NCBI GenBank assembly: GCA_964016885.1
Contig: OZ024743.1
Location: 373,674,001-373,738,000, forward strand
DNA: 64,000 nucleotides
Origin: Eledone cirrhosa
Taxonomy: Eukaryota
Direction: 5' to 3'
The notes under the pieces were generated by a model. It was not told where the DNA came from. It worked only from the letters and a program-made list of their open reading frames with translations, and did not search any database. A program made the translations under genes and the position numbers. Position 1 is the stretch's first letter. Every line of letters starts with the position of its first letter. Positions 49,701 to 61,700 of this stretch are shown piece after piece.

Positions 49701-52700
49701 AGTGGACAGTGACGTTGGCTTGGGGAGGAGTTCCTCTTGTAGTGGACAGTGACGTTGGCTTGTGGAGAGCTTCATCTTGTAGTGGACAGTGACGTTGGCT
49801 TGGGGAGGAGTTCCTCTTGTAGTGGACAGTGACGTTGGCTTGGGGAGGAGTTCCTCTTGTAGTGGACAGTGACGTTGGCTTGTGGAGGGCTTCATCTTGT
49901 AGTGGACAGTGACGTTGGCTTGGGGAGGAGTTCTTCTTGTAGTGGACAGTGACGTTGGCTTGGGGGGAGTTCCTCTTGTAGTGGACACTGACGTTGGCTT
50001 TGGGAGGACTTCCTCTTGTAGTGGACAGTGACGTTGGCTTGTGGAGGGCTTCATCTTGTAGTGGACCCTGTCGTTGGCTTGGGGAGGAGTTCCTCTTGTA
50101 GTGGACAGTGACGTTGGCTTGGGGAGGAGTTCCTCTTGTAGTGGACAGTGACGTTGGCTTGGGGAGGACTTCCTCTTGTAGTGGACAGTGACGTTGGCTT
50201 GGGGAGGAGTTCATCTTGTAGTGGACAGTGACGTTGGTTTGGGGAGACTTCCTCTTGTAGTGGACAGTGACGTTGGCTTGGGGAGGAGTTCATCTTGTAG
50301 TGGACAGTGACGTTGGCTTTTGGAGGGCTTCATCTTGTAGTGGACAGTGACGTTGGCTTGTGGAGGGCTTCATCTTGTAGTGGTCAGTGACGTTGGCTTG
50401 TGGAGGGCTTCATCTTGTAGTGGTCAGTGACGTTGGCTTGTGGAGGGCTTCATCTTGTAGTGGACAGTGACGTTAGCTTGGGGAGGAGTTCCTCTTGTAG
50501 TGGACAGTGACGTTGGCTTGGGGAGGAGTTCCTCTTGTAGTGGACAGTGACGTTGGCTTGGGGAGGACTTCCTCTTGTAGTGGACAGTGACGTTGGCTTG
50601 GGGGGGAGTTCATCTTGTAGTGGACAGTGACGTTGGCTTGGGGAGGACTTTCTCTTGTAGTGGACAGTGACGTTGGCTTGGGGAGGAGTTCATCTTGTAG
50701 TGGACAGTGACGTTGGCTTGGGAAGGACTCTCTCTTGTAGTGGACAGTGACGTTGGCTTGTGGAGGGCTTCATCTTGTAGTGGACAGTGACGTTGGCTTG
50801 GGCAGGACTTCCTCTTGTAGTGGACAGTGACGTTGGCTTGTGGAGGGCTTCATCTTGTAGTGGACAGTTACGTTGGCTTGTGGAGGGCTTCATCTTGTAG
50901 TGGACAGTGACGTTGGCTTGGGGAGGACTTCCTCTTGTAGTGGACAGTGACGTTGGCTTGGGGAGGACTCCCTCTTGTAGTGGACAGTGACGTTGGCTTG
51001 TGGAGGGCTTCATCTTGTAGTGGACAGTGACGTTGGCTTGTGGAGGGCTTCATCTTGTAGTGGACAGTGACGTTGGCTTGTGAAGGGCTTCATATTGTAG
51101 TGCACAGTGACGTTGGCTTGGGGAGGACTTCCTCTTGTAGTGGCCAGTGACGTTGGCTTGGGGAGGAGTTCCTCTTGTAGTGGACAGTGACGTTTGCTTG
51201 TGGAGGGCTTCATCTTGTAGTGGACAGTGACGTTGGCTTGTGGAGGGCTTCAACTTGTAGTGGACAGTGACGTTGGATTGAGGGGGGCTTCATCTTGCAG
51301 TGGACAGTGACGTTGACTTGGGGACGAGTTCATCTTGTAGTGGACAGTGACGTTGGCTTGGGGAGGACTTCCTCTTGTCCTGGACCGTGACGTTGGCTTG
51401 GGGAGGACTTCCTCTTGTAGTGGAGAGCGACGTTGGCTTGTGGAGAGCTTCAAATTGTAGTGGACAGTGACGTTGGCTTGGGGAGGAGTTCCTCTTGTAG
51501 TGGACAGTGACGTTGGCTTGTGGAGGGCTTCATCTTGTAGTCGACAGTGACGTTGGATTGAGGTGGGCTTCATCTTGCAGTGGACAGTGACGTTGGCTTG
51601 GGGAGGACTTCCTCTTGTCCTGGACCGTGACGCTGGCTTGGGGAGGACTTCCTCTTGTAGTGGACAGTGATGTTGGCTTGGGGAGGACTTCCTCTTGTAG
51701 TGGACAGTGATGTTGGCTTGGGGAGGACTTCCTCTTGTAGTGGACAGTGATGTTGGCTTGGGGAGGACTTCCTCTTGTAGTGGACAGTGATGTTGGCTTG
51801 GGGAGGACTTCCTCTTGTAGTGGACAGTGATGTTGGCTTGGGGAGGACTTCCTCTTGTAGTGGACAGTGACGTTGGCTTGTGGAGGGCTTCATCTTGTAG
51901 TGGACAGTGACGTTGGCTTGTGGAGGGCTTCATCTTGTAGTGGACAGTGACGTTGACTTGGGGAGGGCTTCATCTTGTAGTGGACAGTGACGTTGGTTTG
52001 GGGAGGAGTTCCTCTTGTAGTGGACAGTGCCGTTGGCTTGGGGAGGAGTTCATCTTGTAGTGGACAGTGATGTTGGCTTGGGGAGGACTTCCTCTTGTAG
52101 TAGACAGCGACGTTGGCTTGGGGAGGACTTCCTCTTGTAGTGGACAGTGACGTTGGCTTGTGGAGGGCTTCATCTTGTAGTGGACAGTGACGTTGACTTG
52201 GGGAGGGCTTCATCTTGTAGTGGACAGTGACGTTGGCTTGGGGAGGACTTCCTCTTGTAGTGGACAGTGACGTTGGCTTGGGGAGGAGTTCCTCTTGTAG
52301 TGGACAGTGACGTTGGCTTGGGGAGGAGTTCCTCTTGTAGTGGACAGTGACGTTGGCTTGGGGAGGGCTTCATCTTGTAGTGGACAGTGACGTTGACTTG
52401 GGGAGGGCTTCATCTTGTAGTGGACAGTGACGTTGGCTTGGGGAGGACTTCCTCTTGTAGTGGACAGTGACGTTGGCTTGGGGAGGAGTTCCTCTTGTAG
52501 TGGACAGTGACGTTGGCTTGGGGAGGAGTTCCTCTTGTAGTGGACAGTGACGTTGGCTTGGGGAGGGCTTCATCTTGTAGTGGACAGTGACGTTGGCTTG
52601 TGAAGGGCTTCATATTGTAGTGGACAGTGACGTTGGCTTGGGGAGGGCTTCATCTTGTAGTGCACAGTGACGTTGGCTTGGGGAGGACTTCCTCTTGTAG

Positions 52701-55700
52701 TGGACAGTGACGTTGGCTTGGGGAGGACTTCCTCTTGTAGTGGACAGTGACGTTGGCTTGGGGAGGGTTTCATCTTGTAGTGGACAGTGACGTTGGCTTG
52801 TGGAGGGCTTCATCTTGTAGTAGACAGTGACGTTGGCTTGGGGAGGAGTTCCTCTTGTAGTGGACAGTGACGTTGGCTTTTGGAGGAGTCCCTCTTGTAG
52901 TGGACAGTGACGTTGGCTTGTGGAGGGCTTCATCTTGTAGTGGACAGTGACGTTGGATTGAGGTGGGCTTCATCTTGTAGTGGACAGTGACGTTGACTTG
53001 GGGAGGAGTTCATCTTGTAGTGGACAGTGACGTTGGCTTGGGGAGGACTTCCTCTTATCGTGGACAGTGACGTTGGCTTGGGGAGGACTTCCTCTTGTAG
53101 TGGACAGCGACGTTGGCTTGTGGAGGGCTTCAACTTGTAGTGGACAGTGATGTTGGCTTGGGGAGGACTTCCTCTTGTAGTAGACAGCGACGTTGGCTTG
53201 GGCAGGAATTCCTCTTGTAGTGGACAGTGGCGTTGGCTTGGGGAGGAGTTCATCTTGTAGTGGACAGTGACGTTGGCTTGGGGTGGAGTTCCTCTTGTCG
53301 TGGACACTGACGTTAGCTTGGGGAGGACTTCCTCTTGCAGTGGACAGTGACGTTGGCTTGGGGAGGAGTTCCTCTTGTAGTGGACAGTGACGTTGGCTTG
53401 GGGAGGAGTTCATCTTGTAGTGGACAGTGATGTTGGCTTGGGGAGGAGTTCATCTTGTAGTGGACAGTGACGTTGGCTTGGGGAGGAGTTCATCTTGTAG
53501 TGGACAGTGATGTTGGCTTGTGGAGGGCTTCATCTTGTAGTGGACAGTGACGTTGGCTTGGGGAGGAGTTCATCTTGTAGTGGACAGTGACGTTGGCTTG
53601 GGGAGGAGTTCATCTTGTAGTGGACAGTGATGTTGGCTTGGGGAGGACTTCCTCTTGCAGTGGACAGTGACGTTGGCTTGGGCAGGAGTTCCTCTTGTAG
53701 TGGACAGTGACGTTGGCTTGGGGAGGAGTTCCTGTTGTAGTGGACAGTGACGTTGGCTTGGGGAGGAGTTCATCTTGTAGTGGACAGTGACGTTGGCTTG
53801 TGGAGGGCTTCATCTTGTAGTGGACAGTGACGTTGGATTGTGGAGGGCTTCATCTTGTAGTGGACAGTGACGTTGGCTTGGGCAGGAGTTCCTCTTGTAG
53901 TGGACAGTGACGTTGGCTTGGGGAGGAGTTCCTGTTGTAGTGGACAGTGACGTTGGCTTGGGAAGGACTTCCTCTTGTAGTGGACAGTGACGTTGGCTTG
54001 TGGAGGGCTTCATCTTGTAGTGGACAGTGACGTTGGATTGTGGAGGGCTTCATCTTGTAGTGGACAGTGACGTTGGCTTGGGCAGGAGTTCCTCTTGTAG
54101 TGGACAGTGATGTTGGCTTGTGGAGGGCTTCATCTTGTAGTGGACAGAGACGTTGGATTGTGGAGGGCTTCATCTTGTAGTGGACAGTGACGTTGGCTTG
54201 GGCAGGAGTTCCTCTTGTAGTGGACAGTGACGTTGGCTTGGGGAGGAGTTCCTGTTGTAGTGGACAGTGACGTTGGCTTGGGAAGGACTTCCTCTTGTAG
54301 TGGACAGTGACGTTGGCTTGTGGAGGGCTTCATCTTGTAGTGGACAGTGACGTTGGATTGTGGAGGGCTTCATCTTGTAGTGGACAGTGACGTTGGCTTG
54401 GGCAGGAGTTCCTCTTGTAGTGGACAGTGACGTTGGCTTGGGAAGGACTTCCTCTTGTAGTGGACAGTGACGTTGGCTTGTGGAGGGCTTCATCTTGTAG
54501 TGGACAGTGACGTTGGATTGTGGAGGGCTTCATCTTGTAGTGGACAGTGACGTTGGCTTGGGCAGGAGTTCCTCTTGTAGTGGACAGTGACGTTGGCTTG
54601 GGGAGGAGTTCCTGTTGTAGTGGACAGTGACGTTGGCTTGGGGAGGACTTCCTCTTGTAGTGGACAGCTACGTTGGCTTGGGGAGGAGTTCATCTTGTAG
54701 TGGACAGTGACGTTGGCTTTTGGAGGGCTTCATCTTGTAGTGGACAGTGACGTTGGCTTGTGGAGGGCTTCATCTTGTAGTGGACAGTGACGTTGGCTTG
54801 GGGAGGACTTCCTCTTGTAGTGGACAGTGACGTTGGCTTGGGGAGGAGTTCCTCTTGTAGTGGACAGTGTCGTTGGCTTGGGGAGGGCTTCATCTTGTAG
54901 TGGACAGTGTCGTTGGCTTGGGGAGGTGTTCCTTTTGTAGTGGACAGTGATGTTGGCTTGGGGAGGAGTTCCTCTTGTAGTGGACAGTGACGTTGGCTTG
55001 TGGAGGGCTTCATCTTGTAGTGGACAGTGACGTTGGAGTGAGGTGGGCTTCATCTTGTAGTGGACAGTGACGTTGGCTTGGGGAGGAGTTCCTCTTGTAG
55101 TGGACAGTGACGTTGGCTTGGGGAAGACTTCCTCTTGTCGTGGACTGTGACGTTGGCTTGTGGAGGGCTTCAACTTGTAGTGGACAGTGACGTTGGCTTG
55201 GGGGAGGAGTTCCTCTTGTAGTGGACAGTGACGTTGGCTTGGGGTCGAGTTCCTCTTGTAGTGGACACTGACGTTGGCTTGGGGAGGACTTCCTCTTGTA
55301 GTGGACAGTGACGCTGGCTTGTGGACGAGTTCATCTTGTAGTGGACAGTGATGTTGGCTTGGGGAGGAGTTCATCTTGTAGTGGACAGTGACATTGGCTT
55401 GGGCAGGATTTCCTCTGGTAGTGGACAGTGACGTTGGCTTGGGGAGGAGTTCCTGTTGTAGTGGACAGTGACGTTGGCTTGTGGAGGGCTTCATATTGTA
55501 GTGGACAGTGACGTTGGCTTGGGCAGGAGTTCCTCTTGTAGTGGACAGTGACGTTGGCTTGGGCAGGAGTTCTTCTTGTAGTGGACAGTGACGTTGGCTT
55601 GGGGAGGACTCCCTCTTGTAGTGGACAGTGACGTTGGCTTGGGGAGGACATCCTCTTGTAGTGGACAGTGACGTTGGCTTGTGGAGGGCTTCATCTTGTA

Positions 55701-58700
55701 GTGGACAGTGACGTTGGCTTGTGGAGGGCTTTATCTTGTAGTGGACAGTTACGTTGGCTTGTGGAGGGCTTCATCTTGTAGTGGACAGTGACGTTGGCTT
55801 GTGGAGGGCTTCATCTTGTAGTGGACAGTTACGTTGGCTTGTGGAGGGCTTCATCTTGTAGTGGACAGTGACGTTGGCTTGTGGAGGGCTTTATCTTGTA
55901 GTGGACAGTTACGTTGGCTTGTGGAGGGCTTCATCTTGTAGTGGACAGTGACGTTGGCTTGTGGAGGGCTTCATCTTGTAGTGGACAGTTACGTTGGCTT
56001 GTGGAGGGCTTCATCTTGTAGTGGACAGTGACGTTGGCTTGTGGAGGGCTTTATCTTGTAGTGGACAGTGACGTTGGCTTGGGGCAGGAGTTCCTCTTGT
56101 AGTGGACAGTGAGGTTGGCTTGGGGAGGAGTTCCTCTTGTAGTGGACAGTGACGTTGGCTTGGGGAGGACTTCCTCTTGTAGTGGACAGTGACGTTGGCT
56201 TGTGGAGGGCTTCATCTTGTAGTGGACAGTGACGTTGGCTTGGGGCAGGAGTTCCTCTTGTAGTGGACAGTGATGTTGGCTTGGGGAGGAGTTCATCTTG
56301 TAGTGGACTGTGACGTTGGCTTGGGAAGGACTTCCTCTTGTAGTGGACAGTGATGTTGGCTTGGGGAGGAGTTCATCTTGTAGTGGACAGTGACGTTGGC
56401 TTGGGGAGGGCTTCATCTTGTAGTGGACTGTGACGTTGGCTTGGGAAGGACTTCCTCTTGTAGTGGACAGTGACGTTGGCTTGGGGAGGGCTTCATCTTG
56501 TAGTGGACAGTGACGTTGGCTTGTGGAGGGCTTCATCTTGTAGTGGACAGTGACGTTGGCTTGGGGAGGACTCCCTCTTGTAGTGGACAGTGACGTTGGC
56601 TTGGGGAGGACTTCCTCTTGTAGTGGACAGTGACGTTGGCTTGGGGAGGACTTCCTCTTGTAGTGGACAGTGACGTTGGCTTGGGGAGGGATTCATCTTG
56701 TAGTGGACAGTGACGTTGGCTTGTGGAGGGCTTCATCTTGTAGTGGACAGTGACGTTGGCTTGTGGAGGGCTTAAATTTGTAGTGGACAGTGACGTTGGC
56801 TTGGGAAGGACTCCCTCTTGTAGTGGACAGTGACGTTGGCTTGGGGAGGACTTCCTCTTGTAGTGGACAGTGACGTTGGCTTGGGGAGGACTCCCTCTTG
56901 TAGTGGACAGTGACGTTGGCTTGGGGAGGCCTTCATCTTGTAGTGGACAGTGACGTTGGCTTGGGGAGGACTTCCTCTTGTAGTGGACAGTGACGTTGGC
57001 TTGGGGGGAGTTCCTCTTGTAGTAGACAGCGACGTTGGCTTGGGGAGGACTTCCTCTTGTAGTGGACAGTGACGTTGGCTTGGGGAGGACTTCCTCTTGT
57101 AGTGGACAGTGACGTTGGCTTGGGGAGGCCTTCATCTTGTAGTGGACAGTGACGTTGGCTTGGGGAGGATTCCCTCTTGTAGTGGACAGTGACGTTGGCT
57201 TGGGGAGGCCTTCATCTTGTAGTGGACAGTGACGTTGGCTTGGGGAGGACTTCCTCTTGTAGTGGACAGTGACGTTGGCTTGGGCAGGAGTTCATCTTGT
57301 AGTGGACAGCGACGTTGGCTTGTGGAGGGTTTCAACTTGTAGTGGACAGTGACGTTGGCTTGGGAAGGCATTCCTCTTGTAGTGGACAGTGACGTTGGGT
57401 TGGGGAGAAGTTCATCTTGTAGTGGACAGTGACGTTGGCTTGTGGAGGGCTTCATCTTGTAGTGGACAGTGACGTTGGCTTGGGGAGGACTTCCTCTTGT
57501 AGTGGACAGTGACGTTGGCTTTGGAAGGCATTCCTCTTGTAGTGGACAGTGACGTTGGCTTGGGGAGGACTTCCTCTTGTAGTGGACAGTGACGTTGGCT
57601 TGGGGAGGACTTCCTCATGTAGTGGACAGCGACGTTGGCTTGTGGAGGGCTTCAACTTGTAGTGAACAGTGATGTTGGCTTGGTGGAGGAGTTCCTCTTG
57701 TAGTGGACAGTGACGTTGGCCTGGGGAGGAGTTCCTCTTGTATTGGACACTGACGTTGGCTTGGGGAGGGCTTCTCTTGTAATGGACAGTGACGTTGGCT
57801 TGGGGAGGGCTTCATATCGTAGTGGACAGTGACGTTGGCTTGGGGAGGGCTTCATCTTGTAGTGGACAGTGATGTTGGCTTGGGGAGGACTTCCTCTTGT
57901 AGAGACAGTGACGTTGGCTTGGGGAGGAGTTCATCTTGTAGTGGACAGTGACGTTTGCTTGGGGAGGACTTCTCTTGTAATGGACAGTGACGTTGGCTTG
58001 GGGAGGGCTTCATCTTGTAGTGGACAGTGACGTTGGCTTGGGGAGGGCTTCATCTTGTAGTGGACAGTGATGTTGGCTTGGGGAGGACTTCCTCTTGTAG
58101 TAGACAGTGACGTTGGCTTGGGGAGGAGTTCATCTTGTAGTGGACAGTGACGTTGGCTTGGGGAGGGCTTCCTCTTGTAGTGGACAGTTACGTTGGCTTG
58201 TGGAAGGCTTCATCTTGTAGTGGACAGTGATGTTGGCTTGGGGAGGAATTCCTCTTGTAGTAGACAGTGACGTTGGCTTGGGGAGGAGTTCATCTTGTAG
58301 TGGACAGTGACGTTGGCTTGGGGAGGGCTTCCTCTTGTAGTGGACAGTGGCGTTGGCTTGGGGAGGACTTCCTCTTGTAGTGGACAGTGACGCTGGCTTG
58401 TGGACGAGTTCATCTTGTAGTGGACAGTGATGTTGGCTTGGGGAGGAGTTCATCTTGTAGTGGACAGTGACATTGGCTTGGGCAGGAGTTCCTCTGGTAG
58501 TGGACAGTGACGTTGGCTTGGGGAGGAGTTCCTGTTGTAGTGGACAGTGACGTTGGCTTGTGGAGGGCTTCATATTGTAGTGGACAGTGACGTTGGCTTG
58601 GGCAGGAGTTCCTCTTGTAGTGGACAGTGACGTTGGCTTGGGCAGGAGTTCTTCTTGTAGTGGACAGTGACGTTGGCTTGGGGAGGACTCCCTCTTGTAG

Positions 58701-61700
58701 TGGACAGTGACGTTGGCTTGGGGAGGACATCCTCTTGTAGTGGACAGTGACGTTGGCTTGTGGAGGGCTTCATCTTGTAGTGGACAGTGACGTTGGCTTG
58801 TGGAGGGCTTTATCTTGTAGTGGACAGTTACGTTGGCTTGTGGAGGGCTTCATCTTGTAGTGGACAGTGACGTTGGCTTGTGGAGGGCTTCATCTTGTAG
58901 TGGACAGTTACGTTGGCTTGTGGAGGGCTTCATCTTGTAGTGGACAGTGACGTTGGCTTGTGGAGGGCTTTATCTTGTAGTGGACAGTTACGTTGGCTTG
59001 TGGAGGGCTTCATCTTGTAGTGGACAGTGACGTTGGCTTGTGGAGGGCTTCATCTTGTAGTGGACAGTTACGTTGGCTTGTGGAGGGCTTCATCTTGTAG
59101 TGGACAGTGACGTTGGCTTGTGGAGGGCTTTATCTTGTAGTGGACAGTGACGTTGGCTTGGGGCAGGAGTTCCTCTTGTAGTGGACAGTGAGGTTGGCTT
59201 GGGGAGGAGTTCCTCTTGTAGTGGACAGTGACGTTGGCTTGGGGAGGACTTCCTCTTGTAGTGGACAGTGACGTTGGCTTGTGGAGGGCTTCATCTTGTA
59301 GTGGACAGTGACGTTGGCTTGGGGCAGGAGTTCCTCTTGTAGTGGACAGTGATGTTGGCTTGGGGAGGAGTTCATCTTGTAGTGGACTGTGACGTTGGCT
59401 TGGGAAGGACTTCCTCTTGTAGTGGACAGTGATGTTGGCTTGGGGAGGAGTTCATCTTGTAGTGGACAGTGACGTTGGCTTGGGAAGGACTTCCTCTTGT
59501 AGTGGACAGTGACGTTGGCTTGGGGAGGGCTTCATCTTGTAGTGGACAGTGACGTTGGCTTGTGGAGGGCTTCATCTTGTAGTGGACAGTGACGTTGGCT
59601 TGGGGAGGACTCCCTCTTGTAGTGGACAGTGACGTTGGCTTGGGGAGGACTTCCTCTTGTAGTGGACAGTGACGTTGGCTTGGGGAGGACTTCCTCTTGT
59701 AGTGGACAGTGACGTTGGCTTGGGGAGGGATTCATCTTGTAGTGGACAGTGACGTTGGCTTGTGGAGGGCTTCATCTTGTAGTGGACAGTGACGTTGGCT
59801 TGTGGAGGGCTTAAATTTGTAGTGGACAGTGACGTTGGCTTGGGAAGGACTCCCTCTTGTAGTGGACAGTGACGTTGGCTTGGGGAGGACTTCCTCTTGT
59901 AGTGGACAGTGACGTTGGCTTGGGGAGGACTCCCTCTTGTAGTGGACAGTGACGTTGGCTTGGGGAGGCCTTCATCTTGTAGTGGACAGTGACGTTGGCT
60001 TGGGGAGGACTTCCTCTTGTAGTGGACAGTGACGTTGGCTTGGGGGGAGTTCCTCTTGTAGTAGACAGCGACGTTGGCTTGGGGAGGACTTCCTCTTGTA
60101 GTGGACAGTGACGTTGGCTTGGGGAGGACTTCCTCTTGTAGTGGACAGTGACGTTGGCTTGGGGAGGCCTTCATCTTGTAGTGGACAGTGACGTTGGCTT
60201 GGGGAGGATTCCCTCTTGTAGTGGACAGTGACGTTGGCTTGGGGAGGCCTTCATCTTGTAGTGGACAGTGACGTTGGCTTGGGGAGGACTTCCTCTTGTA
60301 GTGGACAGTGACGTTGGCTTGGGCAGGAGTTCATCTTGTAGTGGACAGCGACGTTGGCTTGTGGAGGGTTTCAACTTGTAGTGGACAGTGACGTTGGCTT
60401 GGGAAGGCATTCCTCTTGTAGTGGACAGTGACGTTGGGTTGGGGAGAAGTTCATCTTGTAGTGGACAGTGACGTTGGCTTGTGGAGGGCTTCATCTTGTA
60501 GTGGACAGTGACGTTGGCTTGGGGAGGACTTCCTCTTGTAGTGGACAGTGACGTTGGCTTTGGAAGGCATTCCTCTTGTAGTGGACAGTGACGTTGGCTT
60601 GGGGAGGACTTCCTCTTGTAGTGGACAGTGACGTTGGCTTGGGGAGGACTTCCTCATGTAGTGGACAGCGACGTTGGCTTGTGGAGGGCTTCAACTTGTA
60701 GTGAACAGTGATGTTGGCTTGGTGGAGGAGTTCCTCTTGTAGTGGACAGTGACGTTGGCCTGGGGAGGAGTTCCTCTTGTATTGGACACTGACGTTGGCT
60801 TGGGGAGGGCTTCTCTTGTAATGGACAGTGACGTTGGCTTGGGGAGGGCTTCATATCGTAGTGGACAGTGACGTTGGCTTGGGGAGGGCTTCATCTTGTA
60901 GTGGACAGTGATGTTGGCTTGGGGAGGACTTCCTCTTGTAGAGACAGTGACGTTGGCTTGGGGAGGAGTTCATCTTGTAGTGGACAGTGACGTTTGCTTG
61001 GGGAGGACTTCTCTTGTAATGGACAGTGACGTTGGCTTGGGGAGGGCTTCATCTTGTAGTGGACAGTGACGTTAGCTTGGGGAGGGCTTCATCTTGTAGT
61101 GGACACTGATGTTGGCTTGGGGAGGACTTCCTCTTGTAGTAGACAGTGACGTTGGCTTGGGGAGGAGTTCATCTTGTAGTGGACAGTGACGTTGGCTTGG
61201 GGAGGGCTTCCTCTTGTAGTGGACAGTTACGTTGGCTTGTGGAAGGCTTCATCTTGTAGTGGACAGTGATGTTGGCTTGGGGAGGAATTCCTCTTGTAGT
61301 AGACAGTGACGTTGGCTTGGGGAGGAGTTCATCTTGTAGTGGACAGTGACGTTGGCTTGGGGAGGGCTTCCTCTTGTAGTGGACAGTGGCGTTGGCTTGG
61401 GGAGGACTTCCTCTTGTAGTGGACAGTGACGTTGGCTTGGGGAGGACTTCCTCTTGTAGTGGACAGCGACGTTGGCTTGTGGAGGGCTTCAACTTGTAGT
61501 GAACAGTGATGTTGGCTTGGTGGATGAGTTCCTCTTGTAGTGGACAGTGACGTTGGCCTGGGGAGGAGTTCCTCTTGTATTGGACACTGACGTTGGCTTG
61601 GGGAGGAGTTCATCTTGTAGTGGACAGTGACGTTGGCTTGGGGAGGGCTTCCTCTTGTAGTGGACAGTGACGTTGGCTTGGGGAGGGCTTCATCTTGTAG